Positions 26,266 to 39,865 are shown, counted from the first letter of the stretch. The stretch: 64,000 nucleotides of DNA from Octopus bimaculoides (GCF_001194135.2 NC_068992.1:63049664-63113663), one strand, 5' to 3'. Notes: a model not told the origin generated them from the letters alone. Numbers and translations: made by a program.

Positions 26266-27189
26266 NNNNNNNNNNNNNNNNNNNNNNNNNNNNNNNNNNN
26301 NNNNNNNNNNNNNNNNNNNNNNNNNNNNNNNNNNNNNNNNNNNNNNNNNNNNNNNNNNNNNNNNNNNNNNNNNNNNNNNNNNNNNNNNNNNNNNNNNNNN
26401 NNNNNNNNTCTCTCTCCCCCATCTCTCTCTCTCTGATTTACCTATTTGGTCTTTTGCCATAGTTTTACTGGCGCCATACTTCAGGGTTTTTATATTGTTT
26501 TGGGTTGTTTTTCTTTTTTTTTTGTTACCCCCGTCCTTTTATACACTTTATTCTGCTTTATTTACAACTGTTAATCAACTGATGCCACTTCTACAATCGA
26601 CACCATTTTTCTGTTAATATCTGATAATCAATTTTATTTTAACCATCGCCAGTGGAAGCCTGCCTTTTGGCTCGAGAAAGGATCAACATATTGTGTAAAG
26701 TGAAGAACTTTCTTATCTTTTGAAACGACTTTCATTACTTCTCTCATCCTCTAATTAAAGACATATTGAAATTCTATGCCAACATGGGTAGTGTCATAAT
26801 CGTGTTTATAGTTTACATTTTCTTATAGACATTCGTCTTCCTTTCTGCCAAATTCTAATTTCGCTGAGGCTGTCTACTCATTCATTCCCCGAAGCATTAT
26901 TCATTGTTAGGCTCTGGTCAAGTTCCAAAACCTTTTTACCTATACACGGCTTTTGGGAGTTAGGAGAGGGGAGACGGAATGATTCAAAGCATTTCGAAAT
27001 ATCGATTTATTATGTTATATTGATTTTTTTAAAAACATTTCTGAAATATAAGGGCGTTGACAGATTGTGACTTGGTGGTGTACTTAGTTGCTTTCTCTTC
27101 CGTTCTGGGTTCAAATCTTGCTTGAGTTCCGATACTACTTCCGTCATTGTGGAAGCTGAAAGACAATAAAGTATCTGTTAATTATTGGC

Positions 27190-28192
27190 TTCGAATTCTA
27201 GCACAAAGCCAGTATTTTCGGTGAAGTGGAGTAAGTCAACTATAATGACCCCAGGTTTCAAATGGTGCTCATTTTATCGACCCCGAAAGGATGAAAGGCA
27301 AAGCCGCCCTCCGCAGAATTTGAACTCAGACCGTAAAGATGGATAAAATGCCGCTAAGCAATTTTCCGGCGTGCTAACAATTCTATCAGCTCGACGCCTC
27401 AATGATAATAATAATTAAAGGTTTGTAGGTATGTGGTACTTCGTTATGCAAACACAATATAATATGAAATATACTAAATGATTTTTTTTCTCGGTCAGCT
27501 GCCCCTTCATCAGCACCCATCTAACCCATTCTTGTCTCCGAGCACATTGCTTATGATGAAGGGGCAACAACCCCCGAAATAAGGCATAGACACTCATTAC
27601 CCACTTTTGTCTCCGATCTCGTGGGCTTATTTACATCTGACGTCTCGATACGAAATGCTGTAGCTAAAATCAGTGCTGGCTCTTGTTTCTATAGAATATC
27701 TGTTGAAAAACAGCCTTAAAAAAAAAAATAATAATAATAATAATAATGGTTTCAAATTCTGGCATAAGGCCAATATTCTCGGGGAAGGGGATAAATCAAT
27801 TACAATGACCCCGGTGCTCAAATGGTGCTTATTTTATCGAAAGGATGAAAGGCAAAGTCGACTTCGGTGGAGTTTGAACTCAGAACCTAAGGAAGGACGA
27901 AACGTTGCAAAATGTATGTCGTCCTGCTTGCTAACGATTCTACCAGCTCAACACCTTAAAGTACCACTTAATTATTCTTCTCTACTTTAGGAACAAGGCC
28001 CGAAATTTTGGGGTAGGGTAGGGCCGGTCGATTAGATCGATCCCAGTACACAATTGGTTCTTAATTTGTCAACCCCGAAAGGATGAAAAGCAAAGTCGAC
28101 CTCGACGGAATTTGAACTCAGATCGTAAAGACAGACGAAATACCGCTAAGCATTTTGCCCGGCGTGCTGACGATTCTGCCAGCTCGCCGCTT
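27190..28192 (-). mobile_element. Three co-oriented SINE family 1 copies (27190-27399, 27750-27958, 27988-28192)
   Basis: each contains CCCCGAAAGGATGAAAGGCAAAG(T)CGAC..GAATTTGAACTCAGA..GCTAAGCA..GCCAGCTCG or a close variant. Confidence 0.85.
27550..27720 (+). mobile_element. Hammerhead-bearing repeat family B, second copy (homologous to 17997-18150)
   Basis: GCAACAACCCCCGAAATA, TTTTGTCTCCGATCTC, GACGTCT.GATACGAAA and TCTGTTGAAA..CCTTAA are shared and colinear. Confidence 0.75.
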
Positions 28193-29194
28193 TAAAGTAC
28201 CGCTTATTTATTGAGCGGCGAATTAATACCGACAAACCCTTCCGTAAATTAAAGTACAAGGCATTATTGCACCCCGATTTAAATAACGGAGTCCCACCGT
28301 CTTAACCCTTTCATGATCATTCCCAAAAATGACGTTAATTATCCGCAAAAAAGATAGAATTAATATTTTCTGCTTCTGTAATGTCTTCTCACTATCTCCT
28401 GTGGCTACTTTTTTCATGACCACCGCTAAAAGTATTTCATTCTTGCTCTTTTAAGAAATATGGGAAAAATTATGGAAAACGAATTCATAATGCATGCGCT
28501 TGTGTGTGTGTGCGCGCGCGCGCGCGTGTAAGTGTGTATGTATATGTATGTATGAGTTTGTGTGTACGGGTAGGTGTGTGTGGTTCTGAACCAGCATGGC
28601 CAGAATCCAAAAATTAAAATATATAAAAAGAACAGAACACATTTAGCTATATTTATTGCTAAAAATAGCAGCCAAATCGAACCTTCATTGTGTTTAAACC
28701 TTCATGCCTTTTCCACAGCCTACTTCTATTGCTACAGTCATTGCTAAAAATAGCAGCGAAATCGAACCTTCTTCTTGTTTAAGATCTAATCTAATGTCTT
28801 CTCCACAACTATAATCTCAATACCATTCTGTTTCCACTTCAGAAGTACTTGGAATCCACACTCTCATCGCAATTTTCATCAATGGATTATTCTGAGAATA
28901 TTGTGTTACTGCAGAGTTTGAAAATGTAATCCCTCTGCGGGCCGCTAGTTTAGCCTTTCGTTGAAACCAATAACAAAGGTTCTTTATAATTTTACTTTTC
29001 TCTTCACAAAAGACACATTTGCGCAATTCCCTTCGGTAATGATAAATAACTCTTGTATAAGAGCTCGGCCCGTTGAAGTACTTCAATTATTACAAAGCTT
29101 GTTCTCTCTTTCATAATTCTTTTCTCTTCTCCGCCATTTCCAAGATTCGTTTGATTTTACACTCCGCTCAAACCATTCGTGTGTGCGAACACTG

Positions 29195-29926
29195 CTTTCA
29201 AATTTTGGCCCAATGCCAGTAATTTCAAGGAAGTGGGTAAGTCATTTACATTTATCCCAGTGCTCAACTGTTACTTATATTCTTTTGTACTTTAGGCACA
29301 AGGCTCGAAATTTTGGGGGAGGGGGCCAGTCGATTAGATCGACCCCCAGTACGCAACTTGTACTTAATTTATCAACCCCGAAAGGATTAAAGGCAAAGGC
29401 GACCTCGGCGGAATTTGAACTTAGAATGTAAGGGCAGACGAAATACGGCTACGCATTTCGCCCGGCATGCTGACGATTCCGCCAGATCGCCGCCTCATTG
29501 ATTTTAAATTTTGGCACAAAGCCAACAGTTTCAGGAAAGAGATTAGTTACATCCACCCCTGGGTTCAACTGGTACTTATTTTATTGACCATGAACGACGA
29601 AAAGCAAAGTCGACATTGGCAGAATTTGAACTCTGAACCTGAAGACAGACTAAACGCCGCTTAGCAATTTGTCCATCCTTACATTCTGAGTTCAAATTCC
29701 GGCGGCAAACTGGCAGAATCGTTAGAAATCCGGGTAAAATACTTAGCGGTGTTTAGTCAGTCTTCACGTCCTGAGTTCAAATTCCTCCGAGGTCGACTTT
29801 GCTTTTCATGCTTTCGGGGTCGATAAATTAAGTACCAGTGAAACACTGGGGCGATGTAACCGACTCATCCCTCCCCCCAAAATGGCTGCCCTTGTGGAAA
29901 AATTTAAAACATTATTATTATTATTA

Positions 29927-29990
<64 letters not shown>

Positions 29991-30023
29991 TGTTGTTGTT
30001 ATTATTTGTGTGTGTGTGTGTGT

Positions 30024-30062
<39 letters not shown>

Positions 30063-30496
30063 AATGTGTCTGTGCATATATATGAGTACATGCACAACGA
30101 ATTCCTTCTTCTATACATACATGCATACAAAGTTACATATACTCATCTATTCATACACGCATGCGTACATACATACAGACAATACCCAAGCAACACGCGC
30201 ACAACATACATACATATACAACATACATACATACATACATACATACACGCTTGATACATACATACATACATACATACATACAAGGCGATGAGCTGGCAGA
30301 AACGTTAGCACGCCGAGCGAAATGCTTGACGGTATTTCTTCTGGCTCTACGTTCTGAGTTCAAATTCCGCCGAGGTCAACTTTGCTTTTCATCCTTTCAG
30401 GGTCGATTAAATAGGTACCAGTTACTCACTGGGGTCGATGTAATCGACTAGCCTACTTCCCCCAAAATTTTCAAGGCCTTTTGGCTAGAGTAGAAA

Positions 30497-30500
<4 letters not shown>
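29195..30500. mobile_element. Cluster of at least 6 SINE family 1 copies or fragments: - strand 29195-29665, + strand 29680-29905 and 30285-30500
   Basis: repeated family-1 motif TTCTGAGTTCAAATTCC..GAGGTCGACTTTGC.TTTCAT.CTTTC.GGGTCGAT in both orientations. Confidence 0.85.
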
Positions 30501-30559
<59 letters not shown>

Positions 30560-31266
30560 TAATAATAATAATACATACATACAGACATACATACATACAT
30601 ACATAAACAGAACATATACACTAACGCACACACATACATGCATTAGAGACACGCGCATTCATCTCAACAGTTAATATTTCATTCTCGCTTTAAAGAGATA
30701 TCTTCTGTTGAATAAACTCTGAGAATTCTCTTGCTTGATTTCGTCTAATAGCTGCACATCTGTCGGCACCAGAGTACTTGGTGCTAATGGTACATGTTTG
30801 CCGATGTTTCGTTCAGCTCCAGAAGAAAAGATGGCACGATAAATGCCAACAGCAGTGAAATATGGCGAGTTGAGTCGTCAAATATATTTTTAGCCCACCC
30901 CGCCACCCACTTCCATGGCGTTGAGTAGAGAATAGTGAGGCAAACAACATACGGATGTAATAGACTAACATGTAGGCATGAACGTATGTATGTACGTATG
31001 TACGTATGTATGTATGTATGTATGTATGTATGTATGTATGTACGTACGTACGTACGTACGTATGTATGTATGCCTGTATGTATGTATGTATGTATGTACG
31101 TATTATGTATGTATGCATATGTACACATATATATACATATATATATATGTGTGTACTTATACATACACAAATATATACAAATATACACATATATATACAC
31201 GTATATATATATATATATAAAAGTAAATATATATATATATATGCGTAGGTATATGTATATATATAC

Positions 31267-31302
<36 letters not shown>

Positions 31303-31811
31303 CTATATATATATTTATATATATATGCATACATATATACACACATACATACATACATACATGATTGCCTCATTTTGTCAGCTGATAGCTGCCTCACCTC
31401 ATGACAATGAGGTATCTGCACGCCATTGGATTTAAGTAACAAGACCTTGTACCACACTCTTACCCATCTTTCAGTTCCCATAATACGCAGGTTCCAGTGA
31501 CAAGCATTGCATAATATCTCATAATATTTTGACTGGAATTTCTGTGTCAGATTATCTTCATCCTAGAAGGGCTGATTTCCCGAGGGCTATGTCAAATAAT
31601 AACAAACGGGAGCTTTCTCTACCCATGGGAAATATATTTAATTCATCGACAGGACTCTGACAGGCACTGCCGTTCCGTGTCAACACGAATCTGGTAGTAA
31701 TGGTAACTAAGGGGTGACTCCACACTCCCCTACAACTCCAGAAACCCAGAAGTCGAGCTTCACCCTCGGATGCAGCGTAAGGTCAGACCCAGCGTAGATA
31801 TATATTCTTGT

Positions 31812-32021
31812 CTACTCTAGGCACAAGGCTCGCTATTTTGGGGGAAGGGGCCAGTCGATTAGATCGACCCGAGTACGCAACTGGTACTTAATTTATCGAC
31901 ATCCGAAAGGATGAAAGGCAAAGTCGACGTCGGCGGAATTGGAACTCAGAACGTAGAGACAGACGAAATACCGCTTAGCATTTCGCCCGGCGTGCTAACG
32001 ATTCTGCCAGCTCGCCGCCTT
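31812..32021 (-). mobile_element. SINE family 1, full-length copy
   Basis: complete head-to-tail match; on the - strand, A-box-like TGGCAGAATCG and B-box GAGTTCCAATTCC. Confidence 0.9.
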
Positions 32022-32667
32022 AGGACAGATATATATTGATATACATTTATGTATGCGTATATGTGTGTATGCGTGCACGCGCGCGTGTATGTGTGTGCGT
32101 ACATGTGTTTGTGTGTGTGCTCGTTTGCATGTGTATGTGTGAGTGTGTGTGAGTATGGGTGTGCTTGTAAACTCCGTAAACACACATGAGGGTGTACAAC
32201 TGGGACAAAGCATACCCAACATCTCAGTAAATGTAGCACCGTTCATGTTGCAAAGCATTGTGAGTGTTTTAATGAATTTCGTGACTCTGTCATGATGTGA
32301 CTGCTTCAATTTCGTCACACCCCCTCAGATCAAGTTACCTGCCAAAATACAACTGGTACACATAGACACATACATAAATACGTATATATGCATGTATGTG
32401 TGTGTATACACACACACACACACATGTGTGTCCTGGGGTCGATTTGTTCGACTAAAGGCGGTGTTCCAGCATGGCCGCAGTCAAATGACTGAAACAAAAT
32501 GGTAAAAGATTTTGTGCGTGTGTGTGTGTTATACATACATGCATATATACATACATACATACATACATACATACACGTAGACGAATACACATAAATGTGT
32601 GTGTTTTATGTTCTTTTATAGCTGTACATTCGTCTGTGTAATTAACACACACAGAATTACACACACA

Positions 32668-32714
<47 letters not shown>

Positions 32715-33480
32715 AGAAACACGTATAAACAAACACACACACACTTGCACACATACCGTACACAAGCGCAAAAATACACACGCACGTGTGCGAACACAAG
32801 TACTGCGTGAAACTATTCGGCATAATCCACCCGAAACCCACCACCAGCACCGCCACCACCACCACCACCACTACTTTCAATAGTAACAACAACGGGCGGA
32901 CAATGAAACAGAGCATGCAAGAATTAACACTGAANNNNNNNNNNNNNNNNNNNNNNNNNNNNNNNNNNNNNNNNNNNNNNNNNNNNNNNNNNNNNNNNNN
33001 NNNNNNNNNNNNNNNNNNNNNNNNNNCCCACCCCACCACTACCCCTCCCCTGTACCCACCCTGTCACTATCATTTCATCTCATCATTTCATCTCATTTCA
33101 TCGCACCTCACCCAGTTATGCTGTGCCAATCTGTTGTGTTCCCCCACCTTTTCGTGAGTGTTTAAACACCACCACCACCACCACCATTCAACTCACGTGA
33201 TCATCATCGCCAACACCCACCCGCCCCCGCAACACCAGCAACACCACAGCCATCTTTAGTAATATAGCTATCACCGCCAACGTCACCATTATCAAGTAAC
33301 ACCACCATTAACACTACCATCACCACCACAACCGCCATCAACAATACCACCCCCATTACCACCACCACCATCACCACCAGCACTATCAGCACCCCCACCG
33401 CCACTAGCACCACCATCAACAACACCAACATCATCGCCAGCACTATTACCTTCAGCATCACTGCTACCACCACCACCACC

Positions 33481-33709
33481 ACCACCGCTACTATTATTTA
33501 GTACCACTACTACCACCACCACCGCTACTATTATTTAGTACTACTACTACCACCACCACCACTACTATTATTTAGTACTACTACTACCACCACCACCACT
33601 ACTATTATTTAGTACTACTACTACGACTGCCACCGCTACTATTATTTAGTACTACTACTACCACCACCACCACTACTATTATTTAGTACTACTACTACTA
33701 CCACCACCA
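33481..33709 (+). repeat. ~37-40-bp compound minisatellite (CTACTATTATTTAGTACTACTACTACCACCACCACC), at least 6 copies, running into a ~990-N gap
   Basis: direct reading. Confidence 0.9.
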
Positions 33710-34719
33710 NNNNNNNNNNNNNNNNNNNNNNNNNNNNNNNNNNNNNNNNNNNNNNNNNNNNNNNNNNNNNNNNNNNNNNNNNNNNNNNNNNNNNNNNNNN
33801 NNNNNNNNNNNNNNNNNNNNNNNNNNNNNNNNNNNNNNNNNNNNNNNNNNNNNNNNNNNNNNNNNNNNNNNNNNNNNNNNNNNNNNNNNNNNNNNNNNNN
33901 NNNNNNNNNNNNNNNNNNNNNNNNNNNNNNNNNNNNNNNNNNNNNNNNNNNNNNNNNNNNNNNNNNNNNNNNNNNNNNNNNNNNNNNNNNNNNNNNNNNN
34001 NNNNNNNNNNNNNNNNNNNNNNNNNNNNNNNNNNNNNNNNNNNNNNNNNNNNNNNNNNNNNNNNNNNNNNNNNNNNNNNNNNNNNNNNNNNNNNNNNNNN
34101 NNNNNNNNNNNNNNNNNNNNNNNNNNNNNNNNNNNNNNNNNNNNNNNNNNNNNNNNNNNNNNNNNNNNNNNNNNNNNNNNNNNNNNNNNNNNNNNNNNNN
34201 NNNNNNNNNNNNNNNNNNNNNNNNNNNNNNNNNNNNNNNNNNNNNNNNNNNNNNNNNNNNNNNNNNNNNNNNNNNNNNNNNNNNNNNNNNNNNNNNNNNN
34301 NNNNNNNNNNNNNNNNNNNNNNNNNNNNNNNNNNNNNNNNNNNNNNNNNNNNNNNNNNNNNNNNNNNNNNNNNNNNNNNNNNNNNNNNNNNNNNNNNNNN
34401 NNNNNNNNNNNNNNNNNNNNNNNNNNNNNNNNNNNNNNNNNNNNNNNNNNNNNNNNNNNNNNNNNNNNNNNNNNNNNNNNNNNNNNNNNNNNNNNNNNNN
34501 NNNNNNNNNNNNNNNNNNNNNNNNNNNNNNNNNNNNNNNNNNNNNNNNNNNNNNNNNNNNNNNNNNNNNNNNNNNNNNNNNNNNNNNNNNNNNNNNNNNN
34601 NNNNNNNNNNNNNNNNNNNNNNNNNNNNNNNNNNNNNNNNNNNNNNNNNNNNNNNNNNNNNNNNNNNNNNNNNNNNNNNNNNNNNNNNNNNNNNNNNNAT
34701 ATATATATATATATAAATA

Positions 34720-35200
34720 TATACATATGCATATATGGATACAGGACGTTACCAACTGTAAACAACATGAAATATGAAAGCAAATAAGTTCAACACGCAA
34801 ACAACGAGAGAAACAAATGGAAAACACGACAAGTAACACACAGAACGACCCTTTATCAGTTAGCGGCTGCTTATCTACTCCTCATTTCGAGCATTGAACG
34901 ACAATATGAGCCTTTGAAACCAGTTGTTCCCATAAGTACCAAAATAAAGTTTGGGATTTGTAGAGGGTCAAAGTTGGAATGAAAAACAGGACAATGGAGA
35001 CATACAAGGAAACCGAAGGGAAACAAACATGAAGGGCCGTTAGACCAGAACGAAGGTAAAATAGCGAACGCTGAAGAAATATTTTCTTTGTCAAGAGAAA
35101 AGATAGAAGAGAGAGATATCATGCACCCAGACCTTTGGGGCAGTCTTAAAAGAAAAATTGATGACATGAGGAAAAGAAAGATGGACGATGGGCACGTGCG
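34720..35200 (+). repeat. (TA)n-flanked repeat family D (terminal TGCATATATGG(G)TACAGGAC); relatives at 51130-51430 (-) and 55405-55560 (+)
   Basis: shared terminal motif plus a CTGAT(G/A)A motif on the opposite strand in all three. Confidence 0.55.
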
Positions 35201-35214
35201 TGTGTGTATGCGAG

Positions 35215-35505
35215 TGAGTATTTTATTATTTTACGTTTCAGTCATTTCGACTGCGGCCATGCTGGAGCACCACCTTTAGTGGGGCAAATTGACCTCAAGA
35301 CTTATTCTTTGTAAGCCTAGTACTTATTCTATCGGTCATTTTTGCCGAACCACTAAGTTACGGGACTTAAACACACCGATATCCGTTGTCAAGCGATAGG
35401 GCTGGGGATAAACACAAACACACAAATACATATACATACATACATACATAGATACATATATATACGTATATATATACGACGGGCTTCTTTCAGTTCCCCT
35501 CTACC
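35215..35505 (-). mobile_element. SINE family 2, 3' two-thirds
   Basis: CAGTCATTTCGACTGCGGCCATGCTGGAGCACC..GACGGGCTTCTTTCAGTT. Confidence 0.85.
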
Positions 35506-35853
35506 ACTTATGCGTTCACACTCATTCATGGTAGATACAGCTTAATTCGCCTGTTTACGATGATATATAAAATAAATACTCTATAAACTTGTCGAAACTA
35601 ATGTAAGTGAGTCGAGTTGGGTGTAAATATACTCAATCAACTCGTGAGTTATTCTCTTGTTGAAAAGAAGCACAGCACATCAGGGTGAAATATGGCTAAA
35701 CAATATCCTAGAAAGAGAGGTGTAGAAAAGTTAAACGAACGCACAGCTGTTAACTTCAGCCGACGTCAATCTACAAGCTCACTCTTCGGAGAAGGAGAGC
35801 GAAAGATTAGTGTATGCCAGAGTGAGGCAGATGTTTACTGGCACTTCACGTTG

Positions 35854-35902
<49 letters not shown>

Positions 35903-36691
35903 TTATCTTTATATGTCTATCTATGTTTTTCTCTCTATATATATACTTATCTATCTGCCTATCTATGTTTATATCTCTATCGGTCTGTTTCCCTTTCTGT
36001 TCATAAAACAAGCGGTGCAGCCATTTACAAAACAGCATATGTGTATTTATTTATAGATGTTCAGATGTATGCAAACATATAAACATCATCATTTTACAGC
36101 CCACATAGGGGCCAGAGCTGATTTTTTTAGGGGCCTTTTTTTAGTTATTTTTTGGTGATGGGAGATCACTTTTCTTGTATACACCCGTCGCTGTCCTGCA
36201 GCGTCAGGCGGATAAAATATGTTGGCTTATCTTATTAACCGGTACACTTTCTGTGGGAAAAAAAAATATTTTGAAACATATACAAAGAAATAAAAACTCT
36301 GGCGCTTTGGTAGATTTAGTCATTTAATAAGCAATTAAATAAATTGAGTGAACGTATAATTAAAAACAAAAGGCTAAAATAAAAATTAAGCGCCCAAATA
36401 ATGTAGCGACAGTCTGTCAGCGTTCGAAACATATGTGCACACACACACACACACACAGAGATGTATGCATATATATACATACACATACACATATAAACAC
36501 ATGTGTATACATACACACACATACCCATATATAAATACACACACAAACATAAAAAGACAAAAGTACGTATATATAGGTTTATAGTATTGTATGTTTATAT
36601 GAAAACATATATATGTGTATGTATGTGTTCATATATATCTATGTGTATATACGCTTGCATATATGTATATGTATATATATGTATTTATATG

Positions 36692-36736
<45 letters not shown>

Positions 36737-36963
36737 ACACACATTTTCGTGTATAAATACACACATGTATACATACATATGTATATGCATGTATATATCC
36801 ATATATTCATATATATTTAGAAACATTGTATATATATACATATATATAGAAATGTACACACACNNNNNNNNNNNNNNNNNNNNNNNNNNNNNNNNNNNNN
36901 NNNNNNNNNNNNNNNNNNNNNNNNNNNNNNNNNNNNNNNNNNNNNNNNNNNNNNNNNNNNNNN

Positions 36964-36994
<31 letters not shown>

Positions 36995-37055
36995 AATAGA
37001 GAGTACCACATACACATACATGAGAAAACACACGTTCACTCACTCACTCTCTCTT

Positions 37056-37094
<39 letters not shown>

Positions 37095-37313
37095 CACATA
37101 CATACCAAAAAGATGTAAGCATATATATTGATATATGTACGTATAGATGACAACACACCTCTTCACTTACTCTCTCTCTGTCTCTCTCTCTCTTTCTCTC
37201 ACTTTTCTCTCCATCTTCCTTTCTCTATTTCTCTCTCTCTCACTCTCTTACGCACACACACACACACACACATACACACACACACACGTCCATTTCATAT
37301 ACACGTACATACA

Positions 37314-37481
37314 GAAGAAGAAGAAGAAGAAGAAGAAGAAGAAGAAGAAGAAGAAGAAGAAGAAGAAGAAGAAGAAGAAAAAGAAGAAGAAGAAGAAGAA
37401 GAAGAAGAAGAAGAAGAAGAAAAAGAAGAAGAAGAAGAAGAAGAAGAAGAAGAAGAAGAAGAAGAAGAAGAAGAAGAAGAA
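37314..37481 (+). repeat. (GAA)n microsatellite
   Basis: direct reading. Confidence 0.95.
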
Positions 37482-38029
37482 ATACACCCATTATTTATCT
37501 ATTGAATTTTCTGTGTTGTGAGGATAATGAGAAGTTCTCCCTAACGCTGAGTTTATAATGTAAACTGCAAAACCTTAAAATGGACGTCCATTGAGATAAT
37601 TAGTCATGCCATCGTCTTTGCAGTTGACAGCTAGTGGACAGTGTGATAAATAACAGGAAAAAGGGGAGATAATCTACCATAGTCTTAGTTTATCCATTTA
37701 CTGTCACTTGTCGAAGCTTTATTGACTTTGGCTTGTCATCAGTTGGCTGTAATTAACGGTCGAAAACGGATATATCGATCTTTCAATTCATCTCTGTCGT
37801 TATTTCTCTATCATTGTCTGTTCCTCTCTCTCTCTCACACTTTCTCTTTTTCTCTCACTCTTTCTTCCACTGTCTTTCCCCCTCTCTCTCATTCCCAATA
37901 TTTTATATCACTCTTTGTACTTCTGCCACCAGACTTAACTCTCTAAGCAAAATATTTCTACAGTCTACCCTTCTGTCATGTTCCATAAATTTTGTTTCTC
38001 TCTCTCTACCTCTATCTCTTGCCATATCC

Positions 38030-38064
<35 letters not shown>

Positions 38065-38639
38065 CTTCTCTCGTTTTCTATCCATCTATCCAAGTTTTTA
38101 TCTATCTACCTGTCACTTTTTACACAATCCTTATCTATAGCTCGTTTCTCTTTCGCCATTTTCGTTTTGCTCCAACTCATCCATTTTTTCCTTCTCGATT
38201 CAGTTTTCTTTCTTCCTTTCCCTATAGTCAGCTTCCTTAACTCTCTCATTTTCCACCCATTCTTCTCCCTCTATCTAAGGCAACTAGTTTGCAGAGTCAT
38301 TAGAGCGTCTGAGAAATTATTTTCCAATAATCGTTCCTTTTCTCTACGCCGCGAGTTCAAATCCTGTTGAGGTCAAGCTCAACTTTACTCTTCATTCTTC
38401 GAGTACTTCAAATAAAGTTCCAGTCTTGTTCAGGATTCGATCTTTTCTTCCGCTCACTCGTTCTGTCTGTCTAAGTCGACTTTGCCTTTCATTCTTTGGA
38501 GGTCGATAAAATAAGTATCAGTTGAACACTGAGGGTCGATGTAACTGATGTGCCCCTTTCCGGAAAATTTCATGCCTTGTGCCTATTTTAGAAATTGGAA
38601 AGAATTCAGGCGAATCGTTCAGGACCGTATCATCTAGAA

Positions 38640-39025
38640 CAGTTGTTCTCAAGGACGCCCATATGATCTTAGAGAGACCATAGGATACTAGGTGGGGAGG
38701 CATATGATCTTCGAGGGACCATATGATATTTTTGAAGGAGTGGGATTCGATATGATCTTTGGGGTACATTAGATCTTTGGAGGCCATAAGATCTTTGGGG
38801 ATCCATATATGATTTTGTAGTTAAAATTTATGCGCAATAACTTGGTTATACTCCGACAATACATAGAATATTTAAACAAATTTTTTATAGAATTTCTTAA
38901 TAATAATATTTAATCATAAGAACATAATTGGATTATTTTAAACACCGATGACTATGGAGTTTCAGTAGCGTTAAATAGGAATTAAAGAGTCCAATAGCCA
39001 AAATAGATACGGTTGAGAATTGTTT
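38640..39025 (+). mobile_element. hAT (Charlie-like) MITE remnant with internal ~18-19-bp tandem repeats
   Basis: ATCTAGAA|CAGTTGTTCTCAA at the left fits the Charlie-type TIR CAGTGGTTCTCAA and NTCTAGAN target; degenerate GGTTGAGAA at the right. Confidence 0.5.
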
Positions 39026-39387
39026 ACTTTCTATGTTGTTTTCTAAAGTGTTCTATATATATATTATATATATATATATATATATNNNNNNNNNNNNNNN
39101 NNNNNNNNNNNNNNNNNNNNNNNNNNNNNNNNNNNNNNNNNNNNNNNNNNNNNNNNNNNNNNNNNNNNNNNNNNNNNNNNNNNNNNNNNNNNNNNNNNNN
39201 NNNNNNNNNNNNNNNNNNNNNNNNNNNNNNNNNNNNNNNNNNNNNNNNNNNNNNNNNNNNNNNNNNNNNNNNNNNNNNNNNNNNNNNNNNNNNNNNNNNN
39301 NNNNNNNNNNNNNNNNNNNNNNNNNNNNNNNNNNNNNNNNNNNNNNNNNNNNNNNNNNNNNNNNNNNNNNNNNNNNNNNNNNNNNNN

Positions 39388-39419
<32 letters not shown>

Positions 39420-39420
<1 letters not shown>

Positions 39421-39665
39421 TGCGTATGTATGTATGTGTATATGTTTGTGTGTCTGTGTTTGTCCCCCCCCCACTCAACATCGCTTGACAATTGATGCTG
39501 ATGAGTTTACGTCCCTGCAAATTAGCGGTTCAGCGAAGGAGACCGAATAAGTACAAGGCTTACAAAGAATAATTCCTGGAGTCGATTTGCTCAACTAAGG
39601 GCGGTGCTCCAGCATGGCCGTAGTGAAATGGCTGAGACAAGTAAAATAATAAAAGAATAAAAGAA
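39420..39665 (+). mobile_element. SINE family 2, 3' half
   Basis: TTTGTCCCCCC..CATCGCTTGACAA..GGCGGTGCTCCAGCATGGCC..ACAAGTAAAATAATAAAAG. Confidence 0.85.
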
Positions 39666-39832
39666 TATATATATACAGACAAACGCACGCACACATATAT
39701 ATATATTCACACACACACACACACACATATCTATATATACACACACATGCATATACAAACATACACACATATATATACATACAGAGACACACACACATAT
39801 ATATACATGGACATATATACACGCATATTTAC

Positions 39833-39865
<33 letters not shown>

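Noticed and set aside
28505-28530. (GT)n(GC)n Z-DNA-prone tract (also 5288-5300)
   Set aside because: This is an ordinary by-product of the abundant CA/GT microsatellites.
31650-31795. Segment resembling a remembered octopus SINE body
   Set aside because: There is a single copy in the window with no Pol III boxes seen, so it cannot be supported from the sequence alone.
35775-35815. CGGAGAAGGAGAGCGAAAG as another hammerhead
   Set aside because: The core and stems do not fit.
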